From a virus: a stretch of DNA of 64,000 nucleotides. Shown here in pieces: positions 1-8,973 of this stretch. Position numbers and translations under genes: made by a program. The notes under the pieces were generated by a model. That model was given only the letters and a program-made list of their open reading frames with translations, was not told the DNA's origin and searched no databases. The stretch covers positions 74,589 to 138,588 of IMG/VR virus record IMGVR_UViG_3300045988_122050; one strand, given 5' to 3'. Position 1 is the first letter of the stretch. Every line of letters starts with the position of its first letter.

Positions 1-413
1 AAAGATGATAGGGTAGAGTGTCGCCCGATGCAATAAGTGACATTAAGGTTATTTAGCTAATAACCCATTAGTTAGTATGTATGGCTAATGTCGGGAGACA
101 CCAGCAACGCAAAACACTATACATTACATTGAACGGTATAACTTAAGGGTGTTTTATAAACACTCTGAAAAATCTTTTTTGAATAAAACATCAAAACCCA
201 AAGATTAACAATGAATCAACCAGTTATAACGCTGGTTAAGATATCATAATTCTTTTATAGGTCGATGATGGGGGTACAAATTAACGCCTTGCATGGTATG
301 CACTCGAAAGACAAGCCACTGTCCATGACACTGTTATTTGTATCCATTCATGAACTTATAACTGAAAAATCCAGCCTTGAAAAACTGGTCGTAGTGTTAG
401 GAGGTAAACAACT

Positions 414-599
414 ATGAAAAGAATGAGATACTATATTGACTATGTCGATAAAAAAACAGACATCGAATACTCAACTGGTTTTGCAACAAAAATTGAATGT
501 TGGGCGTTCATTCGAAAGAATGAAAAAGACATTCATTTAACCAAAAAACCATATACAAGTGATTTTCTTGATTGGTTTTTTAGTGAAGGAATAGCGTAA
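414..599 (+). CDS. hypothetical small protein (61 aa)
   Basis: ORF with AGGAGG RBS (positions 400-407) upstream; no recognisable motifs. Confidence 0.45.
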   Translation: MKRMRYYIDYVDKKTDIEYSTGFATKIECWAFIRKNEKDIHLTKKPYTSDFLDWFFSEGIA

Positions 600-703
600 A
601 CCTATAAAGGCACGATCTAAAAAAAGATTGTGTCTTTTTTATTGTAACTATTTAAAATCCCGCTTTTTATAAGTCGGGTATCTAAGAAAGAAGGTATATT
701 ATT

Positions 704-1102
704 ATGACAGCAACAAAAAAATATTTTACAAGAGAAGAAGCAATGAACGACATTATCGAGTGTTTAGAAAACGGTTACAGTGGTTATTACTGTGACTTAC
801 ACGACGAAGTGTTTAACACTTATTATTATATCATTGGTGTTTACGAAGCAAAGGAAGCACTTAACCAGTACGACGTATTTAAAGCGATCGAAAAGGTTAA
901 AGATTACGAAGAATTAAACTTCGGAGAAGTAACAACTGATATCTCAGATCCTGAAAAACTTGCCAATATGCTTTACTATATCGTCGGAGAAGATGTAATT
1001 TCCGATATGTATGAAATTGAAGAATTCAATGATAATTGGAATTACTTAGCCACTGAAGAAACGAACGCAATTATCGTTGAACAGTTAAAAGAAATGTTAT
1101 AA
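704..1102 (+). CDS. hypothetical acidic protein
   Basis: ORF with RBS AGAAAGAAGG upstream; composition typical of a phage early gene. Confidence 0.5.
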   Translation: MTATKKYFTREEAMNDIIECLENGYSGYYCDLHDEVFNTYYYIIGVYEAKEALNQYDVFKAIEKVKDYEELNFGEVTTDISDPEKLANMLYYIVGEDVISDMYEIEEFNDNWNYLATEETNAIIVEQLKEML

Positions 1103-1118
1103 AAGGAGTGTTTGAACT

Positions 1119-1472
1119 ATGAAAATAGAAAACTTTTACTTGTCAATTGAATCAGATGAAATAGAAGTGTTCTCTAAGCCACAACTTGTAGAACTTTTTG
1201 ACAAGTCGCAAGACAAGGAAAACGGATCTACTTTTGATTCGTGGATGTATGACTTGTTAAAAAGAAGTCTTTTATATCCATTCAGTATAAAGGATAAAAT
1301 GCACTTGACAGTCGCAGAACTTCCAGCACTCTACAAAGAATATATCTTACAAGAATGTACAAAGATTTTTGACGGTATTAATTGGGTAGACACTGAAAAA
1401 GAACTTGAGAACGTGGAACACGAAAAACTAACCAACTTAACAGATACAATTGACTTAATACAGTTTTTATAA
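1119..1472 (+). CDS. hypothetical protein
   Basis: ORF with RBS AAAGGAG upstream. Confidence 0.5.
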   Translation: MKIENFYLSIESDEIEVFSKPQLVELFDKSQDKENGSTFDSWMYDLLKRSLLYPFSIKDKMHLTVAELPALYKEYILQECTKIFDGINWVDTEKELENVEHEKLTNLTDTIDLIQFL

Positions 1473-1566
1473 GCCGAATATTATAGACAAGTCAAAACAC
1501 GGCTTGTCTATTTTGTTGAACTTATAAATGGAAATAAAGTCCCGTAAAGGGCAGGAGGAAAGAACA

Positions 1567-2277
1567 ATGAATAATTTTTATAGAGAATTCAAACCAGGAA
1601 CAACCGCCGTAAATCTAATTGATATGTACGGTGTCAAGATCGTTGGAAAAATTGGGACATGGGAAAGTAGCTACGTTCCCAAAACTGATGCAATTACATA
1701 TCTAAAAATCATTAAGAACGGAACAACGATCTACGATCACAATTTAGATGTCAATCGTTGCATAAAGTATGATGAATGGGCACCCGATAAGCTGGAGGCG
1801 GTTTGCTGGTTGCTTATGGAAAATGTTGACGCAATTGACATTGAAAACATTATGGATAGACTTATTCATAATGAATTATCACTTGACGTACATCGATTGC
1901 ATAGATGGAAAGAACAAGAACGAAAAAAGGAAGTTCAAAAAGCCTTGCACGAACAAAGAGAACGTAACGAGAAAGAAGGGTATATCCTACTGGAAAAACA
2001 TGATCTGTACTTGTTTGACGGTGTGAAAACACCTAACAATGGATACCAAACAATGGTGCTACGATTCCATAATGACAAGTTTAAAAAGTTATTCTTACAC
2101 GCCTATGAGCTATACAAGAAAGATTCAAGAAATAAAACGGTAGGCGATTACATGGACTTTTTGATTCAATATCCAAATACGGAGGATGCAAAACAAATTG
2201 ACATTGTTTACTGTTCTAATGATTTTATGAATTGGAATAATTTAGATGATATGGAAACAATATTGTCATTGGCTTAA
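1567..2277 (+). CDS. hypothetical protein
   Basis: ORF 1528-2277; likely start ATG 1567 preceded by GGAGGAA. Confidence 0.5.
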   Translation: MNNFYREFKPGTTAVNLIDMYGVKIVGKIGTWESSYVPKTDAITYLKIIKNGTTIYDHNLDVNRCIKYDEWAPDKLEAVCWLLMENVDAIDIENIMDRLIHNELSLDVHRLHRWKEQERKKEVQKALHEQRERNEKEGYILLEKHDLYLFDGVKTPNNGYQTMVLRFHNDKFKKLFLHAYELYKKDSRNKTVGDYMDFLIQYPNTEDAKQIDIVYCSNDFMNWNNLDDMETILSLA

Positions 2278-2293
2278 CCAGGAGGAAAACATA

Positions 2294-2488
2294 ATGGAAA
2301 ATAAGACACAATTACATAAACCAAAACTAACAGAAATAGTCATTGCGATTGTATGGATTGCGATGGCTATTGTTACGTTTATAAGAATCCCTAGAGCCTT
2401 CATACTAGAAGCGTTCTTATTAATGATTACCGCTGTCTATATGCTTGCTTGCGTTGGATTTTTTGATGATACAGATATAGAAGAATAG
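2294..2488 (+). CDS. small membrane protein
   Basis: internal ATG 2294 after AGGAGGAAAAC; hydrophobic helix IVIAIVWIAMAIVTFI. Confidence 0.45.
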   Translation: MENKTQLHKPKLTEIVIAIVWIAMAIVTFIRIPRAFILEAFLLMITAVYMLACVGFFDDTDIEE

Positions 2489-2500
2489 GAAAGAAGGTAA

Positions 2501-2902
2501 ATGATTATGAATTTTGAAAAATATAGAGAACTTGACACAATTAAATTGCATGGGATTTCTGCCGACATATTTCAAGAGAATGAACACGGAGAACTTATTG
2601 ATCCTTTACGTGGAAAAGATGCAGACTGGTTAACGGGAAAATCCACATTGGCAAAAGCGGAAAATTTCAATTTTGAACAATTCGTTCTTAATGAAATCAA
2701 TCAGCATTTTATTAACAATTTAGAAGCAAAAGATATTTGTATTTGTGGTAGTTGCTTTTCTTTTTGGAAACAAGAAGATGATGATGGTTTAGAAGATGAT
2801 AATGGAAAATATTTTGTATCCTATGCCGTTAGTATCACAATTAATGGAAAATACATAGATGAAGAAGATTTATACGAACTATTTCCGAATTTTGAATATT
2901 AA
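2501..2902 (+). CDS. hypothetical protein
   Basis: ORF with RBS GAAAGAAGGT. Confidence 0.5.
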   Translation: MIMNFEKYRELDTIKLHGISADIFQENEHGELIDPLRGKDADWLTGKSTLAKAENFNFEQFVLNEINQHFINNLEAKDICICGSCFSFWKQEDDDGLEDDNGKYFVSYAVSITINGKYIDEEDLYELFPNFEY

Positions 2903-2921
2903 GAAAGAAGGTAAAACAATT

Positions 2922-3527
2922 ATGAGAACGAAAAACAAAACAATCAAGATATTATTAGCCGTAGCATTTATGTTTACGGCTTTTCTAATGATGGAAAATA
3001 CAGTACGTGCAAAGACAAAAAGAAGCACGTACAGAACGATAAACGGCATTTATAACAGTGACGGCACAATTGATACGGCAGATGGCTATTGCTGGAAAGT
3101 ACGCAAGGGATCATATGCCTATCCAGGGACTACCGTTGTAACTGTAAAATTTAACACACACGGCACTAGAAATAAACTCGATGATAGCATTGTAAAGATC
3201 GTAGCAAAGAATAGAAATATCCAGCTTGTAAACGATTATATACGCAGAAATTACGATCTAAACGCCTATAAGGTAAAGTATATCAACACTAGAAAATTAA
3301 CGGATAAAATGATCCGTGAACGTGCCACACGACATACGATTTACGTGGAAATTATTAAAAGTGTTTCTGCTGGAGGTAGACATGGAACGTATGGAAAAAA
3401 CTACTATATTGCCTATAACAAACGTGTACGCAAGGGAAAACACATAACAAGCTATTGTGTATGGAATCCTTGCAATAGTTATTGTGATGATGTAGAAGTC
3501 GTGGCAGATAATGGAAAAATCAGATAA
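2922..3527 (+). CDS. secreted protein with N-terminal signal peptide
   Basis: ATG 2922 after AGAAAGAAGGT; N-terminus MRTKNKTIKILLAVAFMFTAFLMMENTVRA looks like a signal peptide. Confidence 0.55.
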   Translation: MRTKNKTIKILLAVAFMFTAFLMMENTVRAKTKRSTYRTINGIYNSDGTIDTADGYCWKVRKGSYAYPGTTVVTVKFNTHGTRNKLDDSIVKIVAKNRNIQLVNDYIRRNYDLNAYKVKYINTRKLTDKMIRERATRHTIYVEIIKSVSAGGRHGTYGKNYYIAYNKRVRKGKHITSYCVWNPCNSYCDDVEVVADNGKIR

Positions 3528-3544
3528 AAAGAAGGTTGGAAATT

Positions 3545-3778
3545 ATGACAACTGTTACTATTTACAGAAACAAAAGAAGCGAGAACAAATATATAGAAGT
3601 CCATAACGATGGATATTATCACAACTCAGTAAAACAGTTTATGCAATGGAAGAAAGATCACAATGGGAATCAGCTTGCTAAACCTATCAGAAATGAAATG
3701 GGCGATCGAGTCTTACATAGATGGGAAAAAGCAAACTTGATGACGTTACTGGAAGATTATGAACTGATTACGGCTTAG
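3545..3778 (+). CDS. hypothetical small early protein
   Basis: start within conserved GAAGGTTGGAAATTATG motif. Confidence 0.5.
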   Translation: MTTVTIYRNKRSENKYIEVHNDGYYHNSVKQFMQWKKDHNGNQLAKPIRNEMGDRVLHRWEKANLMTLLEDYELITA

Positions 3779-3796
3779 AAAGAAGGTATGGAAATT

Positions 3797-4108
3797 ATGA
3801 AAGATTATAGAACGATTATTGATAATGATACAGTAGAAATGTTTTGCACGACTTTAGATGATTACTTAGAAGATAGTTTTGAAGGCTGTATGTTAGATAA
3901 CTATTTCTTTGATATTGGAAATAACAATATGAAATGGGGCAGAGTTAAGCTAAGAAAGTACGTGATGATCTTAGAAAAGGGCTTGAATGAATGGTCAAGT
4001 GTCAACGAACTGTACATGACAGATAGCGAAAAGAAGTATAGAGAACTGTTAGATATGTACTATAAGGATCGTGAAGAGTATGAGAAAGAAAAACTGGAAA
4101 CGGCATAG
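3797..4108 (+). CDS. hypothetical small early protein
   Basis: conserved GAAGGTATGGAAATTATG initiation motif. Confidence 0.5.
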   Translation: MKDYRTIIDNDTVEMFCTTLDDYLEDSFEGCMLDNYFFDIGNNNMKWGRVKLRKYVMILEKGLNEWSSVNELYMTDSEKKYRELLDMYYKDREEYEKEKLETA

Positions 4109-4128
4109 AATAGGAGGTATGGAAGATC

Positions 4129-4617
4129 ATGAGAACAGAAATCAAAGAAGCAAAAACATATTATATTTCAGATGATGGAATTTATTATACAGACAAATGG
4201 GATTGTATCCAGCATGAAAATTGGATCAAAGAAGATAATAGAAGAATAAATCTACAAGAACGCTGGAATAAATTGATTAACTCTTTACCAATGAAGCAAG
4301 GCGAATGTCCAGTATATCAAGAAGCAAGTACAGACTACAAATATACATATGTTACCATTAAAAATAAAAAAGAATTGGAAAAAATAAACGATATGTATAC
4401 AATAGCAAGTCCATATCATCACAAGGTAGAGTATACGGGTAATTTCCCAATGATTTTAGTTATGGAAACAAATACGGAACTTTATATGGCTGATCTTGAA
4501 AAAAGTCATGTGAGATTATGTACATTAGACCATATTAAAAGTGAAACACTGTGGTATTGGAAAGAAATGGGATACGACATAACAATTACAAAGAAAGATA
4601 ACCAGGAGGAACAATAG
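4129..4617 (+). CDS. hypothetical protein
   Basis: ORF with RBS AGGAGGT. Confidence 0.5.
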   Translation: MRTEIKEAKTYYISDDGIYYTDKWDCIQHENWIKEDNRRINLQERWNKLINSLPMKQGECPVYQEASTDYKYTYVTIKNKKELEKINDMYTIASPYHHKVEYTGNFPMILVMETNTELYMADLEKSHVRLCTLDHIKSETLWYWKEMGYDITITKKDNQEEQ

Positions 4618-4619
4618 AT

Positions 4620-4955
4620 ATGATTGGAAATAGATATGAATTGAAAAAAGATGAAGCAGAACTAAAAGAAATTGAAAATGATCTTGCAAAATATCTTAAT
4701 GTGCCATTTGTAAAATGTAGCTACGACAATGTAAATAGTCATAAGTATAAAGATAAGAATGAAATTGAATATAGAAATAAAGAAGCAATGGAAACTGGTT
4801 TATATGATATGTGTGATTACATTATTAACTATGAAAAATACAATACGCTAGATGGCTATAAACAAAATAATGGCGGATACAATGGGGAGGTATATGAATT
4901 GTTATATCTTAAGGGAAATGGAAATTATATTGTGATTACAAATATCGCAGAATGA
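4620..4955 (+). CDS. hypothetical protein
   Basis: ORF with RBS CAGGAGGAAC. Confidence 0.5.
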   Translation: MIGNRYELKKDEAELKEIENDLAKYLNVPFVKCSYDNVNSHKYKDKNEIEYRNKEAMETGLYDMCDYIINYEKYNTLDGYKQNNGGYNGEVYELLYLKGNGNYIVITNIAE

Positions 4956-4985
4956 TTTATAAGAAAGAAAAGGAGATAAGATAGA

Positions 4986-5258
4986 ATGGAAATTTTAAAG
5001 ATGACAAGAACAAACATGGTAGTGATTCAGACAGTGGAAAAGGAAGAACGTAACACTTTTGACATTGGAAAAATCAAGGTATCAGCTTTACCACCAATAG
5101 CAAAGAAAGATCTTATCGCAGAACTTAAAAGTAAAGGCTTCTGCGATGGAATGATCCATACAGCTATGCAATGTAGGTTGGAAGATCTGAACGGCTACGT
5201 GAACGTGTGGAAGTATGTAGCGTACATCTTAGCTGTAGAACTGATGGAAAGATTATAG
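4986..5258 (+). CDS. hypothetical protein
   Basis: ORF with RBS AAAGGAGATAAG. Confidence 0.5.
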   Translation: MEILKMTRTNMVVIQTVEKEERNTFDIGKIKVSALPPIAKKDLIAELKSKGFCDGMIHTAMQCRLEDLNGYVNVWKYVAYILAVELMERL

Positions 5259-5274
5259 AAGGAAGGTGGAAATT

Positions 5275-5463
5275 ATGATAGTAAGAAATGAATATCCTGA
5301 CGGTAGAACGGAAATTTTCTGTAACACGCCTGATGAGTATAACGACTTATGCTGTGAGTACGATCTTGAAGATTGCGGTAACAGTGGAAAATACGTTGGA
5401 TCTAGTTGGTCACATGATGATAAGAACAACGTAGATGTTTATTTTAAATATAAAGAAGAATAG
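5275..5463 (+). CDS. hypothetical small Cys-rich acidic protein
   Basis: conserved GGAAGGTGGAAATTATG motif. Confidence 0.5.
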   Translation: MIVRNEYPDGRTEIFCNTPDEYNDLCCEYDLEDCGNSGKYVGSSWSHDDKNNVDVYFKYKEE

Positions 5464-5479
5464 AAAGTAGGTGGAAAGA

Positions 5480-5728
5480 ATGAGACGCAGAACGACAATG
5501 ACAGCACTTGTGTGCCACGTAGAACGCAAGTATAACACGTTATACTTTACGGAAAATCCGCCAAACGCTGGAATTGACGATGATTTGTCTGGATATAGAT
5601 ATTTCTTGCTATTCAAGAATACGTTCGGAATTTTTCGGAAATACAGAACGCAAGAAGAAGCAATTAACGGCATGACGGAAATTTTAAAAGAAGATCCGTC
5701 AGAATTATTTAGTTACATAGCCAATTAA
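5480..5728 (+). CDS. hypothetical protein
   Basis: start in GTAGGTGGAAAGAATG motif. Confidence 0.5.
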   Translation: MRRRTTMTALVCHVERKYNTLYFTENPPNAGIDDDLSGYRYFLLFKNTFGIFRKYRTQEEAINGMTEILKEDPSELFSYIAN

Positions 5729-6006
5729 AGGCTTTTACTACTCATGATGATATGAGTATACACCCTAACGGAAAGACTCGACTATTGAAGCTAATAGTTA
5801 CGTTAAAATGAACGGAATGACTGTACTACTGATTGATGGTAGTGACGTATTGGAACGGAAAAACGGTGGCGTATGGTAGATAAAAGAGTGCTTTTATCGG
5901 GCGGTTCAATTCCGCTCTCGCTACTTTTCACGATGGAAATTATCGTGTATAATATAAGAGAACAGTTAATATTTTAAAGTCCTAAATAGGCAGAAAGAAG
6001 GAAATT

Positions 6007-6687
6007 ATGTACGAGTTTAAAGAACTGATCTTACCTGAACACTTCAGGCACGCCTCATACGGTGGTTTTTGTGTAAAGCCTGGAATGTTTTATGGCATAG
6101 AGAAAGAAACTGGAAAATTAGTAGCTACAACGGGATGGAACGTAAACGGATTAACAAACATTTATATCCAGCACGAGCCAAAATCACAATGGAACAACGA
6201 CTTATGGAAAGGTCTTTACGATGATTATGGAAAACCATTAATCACAATTGAAGAGAATGACTTACAACGGATTAGTAACAAGGTCAAAGCTTTTCAGGAA
6301 ACGGCAATGGATTTTGAAACGTGGGCAGATGCAAACGGATATGATGATGAAAGCTGGGATGAAGATCAGATAGAAGAATCTTATGAATGGTATTACTTTA
6401 TGGAATATCCTGAGTTTGTGATCCAGCTTTTAAAAGAACATTGGGATTTAGAAAATATGAATATGGAGGAAAGTAAAGTTATGGAAAAAATTTATGGTGT
6501 AAGTAGTAAATTTGACTTTGGAAGATGGGATCATATTGTATACGTTTTTGAGAATCAAGAAGATGCTGATAGGTGGCTGGAAACAGAAGAGTTTGATTTT
6601 CGAGAAAGAGAACTTATGACAAAGGAAGAAGCAATTGAACTTGTTGGAAAAGAAGATGTAGATAACGCCATTACTTATGTAAGATAG
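6007..6687 (+). CDS. hypothetical acidic protein (226 aa)
   Basis: start in GAAAGAAGGAAATTATG motif. Confidence 0.55.
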   Translation: MYEFKELILPEHFRHASYGGFCVKPGMFYGIEKETGKLVATTGWNVNGLTNIYIQHEPKSQWNNDLWKGLYDDYGKPLITIEENDLQRISNKVKAFQETAMDFETWADANGYDDESWDEDQIEESYEWYYFMEYPEFVIQLLKEHWDLENMNMEESKVMEKIYGVSSKFDFGRWDHIVYVFENQEDADRWLETEEFDFRERELMTKEEAIELVGKEDVDNAITYVR

Positions 6688-6700
6688 GAAGGTGGAAATT

Positions 6701-7033
6701 ATGAAATCATATAAAGAATACGAAAGACGGTTTATCGGAGATAGTGATATTGCAGCTTTAATTTTTGTAGGCACAACAAAAGACGGATTAAAAGCGAACA
6801 TCTTAAATTTTGGCTCTGATGGAAGATATAATGCTTATGTCGTAGATGAGAACGCAAAGATCGGAGATCATTATACATTAGAGATGGAATTCGAAACATC
6901 ATCAGGATTCAAAGCATGGGTTAAGATTTATGACGATGAAGGATTAACAGAAGATTATAGTGCAGACAAAATTAGAGTATATCGTGCTGGAGATTTTGGT
7001 TGTATCATCCAGCTTATTGGGGAAAAAGAATAA
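6701..7033 (+). CDS. hypothetical protein
   Basis: conserved GGAAGGTGGAAATTATG motif. Confidence 0.5.
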   Translation: MKSYKEYERRFIGDSDIAALIFVGTTKDGLKANILNFGSDGRYNAYVVDENAKIGDHYTLEMEFETSSGFKAWVKIYDDEGLTEDYSADKIRVYRAGDFGCIIQLIGEKE

Positions 7034-7065
7034 CGGAAAATTTAATACAAGAACAAAGTAATCTA

Positions 7066-7096
7066 GGAAGATGCAGAGATGTATCTTCCTTTTTTG
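7066..7096 (+). terminator. rho-independent terminator (GGAAGAT...ATCTTCC + T6)
   Basis: perfect 7-bp stem followed by TTTTTT, read directly from the sequence. Confidence 0.6.
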
Positions 7097-7120
7097 ATGG
7101 AAAGATATGAGGTGGAAATT

Positions 7121-7558
7121 ATGAACAAATATAGAGATTATTATAGTGCAATTGTAGAAACAGAAAACGGATTAGATATTGATGTTTTGGAATTAGTTGA
7201 TTGTGAGTTAGAACGACAGAAATATGGAGAACAACCAATCGTCGGAATGATTGCAAGTGATATTATCAATGAATTCAAAGAACATCAATTTACATGGCGT
7301 GACATTGTAGAGGTTCATGGAAAATATTATGCAGAGGAGTTCCCGATTAGCGGTATCATGGATTGTTCTGACGCATATCAGATTGATGATTTTTTAGATG
7401 CTGTAGCTGAAAAATACAATGTTGATCTTAGAAAAGAACAAATTAAAACTTATGTGATGGATAATATTGACTTCAATCCTGAGGAAGTAGAATTCGAGGC
7501 AGAGGATTGTGGTTGCTATATTGATGGAAAACCTGAATGGTTTGATATAGAAGAATAG
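7121..7558 (+). CDS. hypothetical acidic protein
   Basis: ATG 7121 in GAGGTGGAAATTATG motif; the ORF-track start at 7079 lies inside the terminator. Confidence 0.5.
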   Translation: MNKYRDYYSAIVETENGLDIDVLELVDCELERQKYGEQPIVGMIASDIINEFKEHQFTWRDIVEVHGKYYAEEFPISGIMDCSDAYQIDDFLDAVAEKYNVDLRKEQIKTYVMDNIDFNPEEVEFEAEDCGCYIDGKPEWFDIEE

Positions 7559-7569
7559 AGGTGGAAATT

Positions 7570-7845
7570 ATGAAAGAAAATTATATTGTAGTTACATCAG
7601 GTGGAACAATACGTGTGACATTAACAAGTATGGTAAAAGAAATCTTAACTGAATTCAAGCCAAAAGGATGTCCGTTTGGAAATTATTCGATGTTAAATTT
7701 ATTACAAGATTGGCTTGGTATGTATGCATGGCAGTTACCAAAGAATAAGCCTATGTCAATAGTTAAATGTATTGAACGATTGGACGTGGATGGAAAATCT
7801 ATCTACAAAGAATCAATGATTCGATTGATTGAAGCAGCGGCATAA
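7570..7845 (+). CDS. hypothetical protein
   Basis: conserved GAGGTGGAAATTATG motif. Confidence 0.5.
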   Translation: MKENYIVVTSGGTIRVTLTSMVKEILTEFKPKGCPFGNYSMLNLLQDWLGMYAWQLPKNKPMSIVKCIERLDVDGKSIYKESMIRLIEAAA

Positions 7846-7881
7846 AAGAAAAGTTTTATCGCAGAATAGGAGAGTAAGATT

Positions 7882-8076
7882 ATGAATACAGAAACAAAAC
7901 AGGAAATTATCGGAATCGTTATGTGCCACGGAGAGAATGATTATGGATACTGGGGAGGATTTTCTCTAACAGAGGAAGAGGAGGAACAGATTTATGAGAT
8001 CCTGATGCGGCATGATACAGAAGGATGCTCTATTAGAGGAACAAGAAACGACATCGCAAATGAGATTAGAGAATAG
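7882..8076 (+). CDS. hypothetical small protein
   Basis: ORF with RBS AGGAGAG. Confidence 0.45.
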   Translation: MNTETKQEIIGIVMCHGENDYGYWGGFSLTEEEEEQIYEILMRHDTEGCSIRGTRNDIANEIRE

Positions 8077-8090
8077 GAGAGTGATTAGTT

Positions 8091-8345
8091 ATGGGAAACA
8101 ATGAAGTAAAAAGAATCGCAAACATCTTATTTAATATGTCTTTAGGAATGGACTATGACACGTTTGCAGATGATTACAAAGACGATATGGAAATGTTAAC
8201 TGAAAGTGTTGGAAATTTATCTAAGGCAATTGGAAAATTATTTAAGGAAGATGATCTGCTATTTCATGTGTTACAGAATATTGCAGATAACAACATGGAA
8301 ATGGAAAATAAACTCGTTAATGTAGGTGGAGCTATTTGCAGATAG
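8091..8345 (+). CDS. hypothetical protein
   Basis: ORF with RBS AGGAGAG. Confidence 0.45.
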   Translation: MGNNEVKRIANILFNMSLGMDYDTFADDYKDDMEMLTESVGNLSKAIGKLFKEDDLLFHVLQNIADNNMEMENKLVNVGGAICR

Positions 8346-8348
8346 GAG

Positions 8349-8639
8349 ATGGAAACTATGAATGATAAAAAATATGATACAGAAATGATGGCGGCAATAT
8401 GTCAAGAGTATGAAGATGCTTCTCAAACTTTATCTAGCCTGACGAAAACATTAGCAATTGTTCATATGAAGTTGGTTCAGGCAGAAAGCTATACGCAAGA
8501 AATCTCACTCAAACAGTATAAAAGACTGAAAGAAGAGGTAAAAGAATTAACAACAGCAGTACATGATGCAACTATTATGCTCAATGTTTGGGATAAAGCA
8601 CGAGAAGTTTGTATGGAAGTTATAGATGATGAAAATTAA
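8349..8639 (+). CDS. hypothetical protein
   Basis: ORF with RBS TAGGAGATGG. Confidence 0.45.
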   Translation: METMNDKKYDTEMMAAICQEYEDASQTLSSLTKTLAIVHMKLVQAESYTQEISLKQYKRLKEEVKELTTAVHDATIMLNVWDKAREVCMEVIDDEN

Positions 8640-8688
8640 ATGTCAATTTTATTAAAATAATATTGTGTAAAAAGTGTGTAAAACATTA

Positions 8689-8716
8689 TTGACATTGTGT
8701 AGATATTGTGTATAAT
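8689..8716 (+). promoter_or_regulatory. sigma70-type promoter TTGACA-16-TATAAT
   Basis: TTGACA 8689-8694 and TATAAT 8711-8716, about 25 nt upstream of the hicA start. Confidence 0.6.
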
Positions 8717-8741
8717 ATAAGTAAGCAAAGGAGACAATACA

Positions 8742-8915
8742 ATGAAGCAGAAAGATTTAATCAAGAAGCTTAAAGCAGGCGGATTTATCTTCGATAGGCA
8801 TGGTAGTAACCATGATATCTACACCAAAGGAGATATATCAGAATCAGTTCCACGGCACAAGGAAGTTGATGAAAGACTTGCTAGAGGTATTCTAAGAAGG
8901 AATGGGCTGTTATAA
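8742..8915 (+). CDS. hicA: HicA-family mRNA-interferase toxin (57 aa)
   Basis: MKQKDLIKKLKAGGFIFDRHGSNHDIYTKGD... matches the HicA dsRBD-like fold motif (GxxxxRxxGSH); sits just upstream of hicB; below the ORF-track size cutoff. Confidence 0.7.
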   Translation: MKQKDLIKKLKAGGFIFDRHGSNHDIYTKGDISESVPRHKEVDERLARGILRRNGLL

Positions 8916-8973
8916 AACAGCCTATCCTTGGAAAATCTTATTTGCAATCATATATAAGAATAGAGGTGAAAAT

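Noticed and set aside
1769-2026. Nested or alternative-frame + strand ORFs (1769-2026, 11567-11749, 31851-32105, 45281-45496, 46485-46688, 49485-49697, 58871-59074)
   Set aside because: They are embedded in longer ORFs with recognisable domains or better RBSs. The 31851-32105 K/R-rich frame is just the GAAG-repeat of the flotillin coiled coil read out of frame.
5410-5673. Minus-strand ORFs in the six-frame track (e.g. 5410-5673, 6448-6801, 8922-9191, 12685-12993, 18750-19277, 19697-20197, 32230-32559, 57624-57995)
   Set aside because: Every one lies inside a well-supported + strand gene, has no RBS and has low-complexity hydrophobic or Ser-rich translation. These are typical antisense frames of AT-rich coding DNA.
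5896-5924. tRNA T-arm-like hairpin GGCGG-TTCAATT-CCGCT followed by CTCGCTA
   Set aside because: No matching 5' acceptor strand, D-arm or anticodon arm could be folded from the preceding 90 nt. It is probably a terminator-like hairpin or a tRNA 3' fragment, not a gene.
7079-7120. ORF-track start codons at 7079, 9432 and 2859 (MYLPFLMERYEVEIM..., MSIGTFNSAYFLV..., MKKIYTNYF...)
   Set aside because: These N-terminal extensions run through rho-independent terminator hairpins or intergenic leaders. Downstream ATGs with proper SD spacing (7121, 9486, 2922) are preferred.
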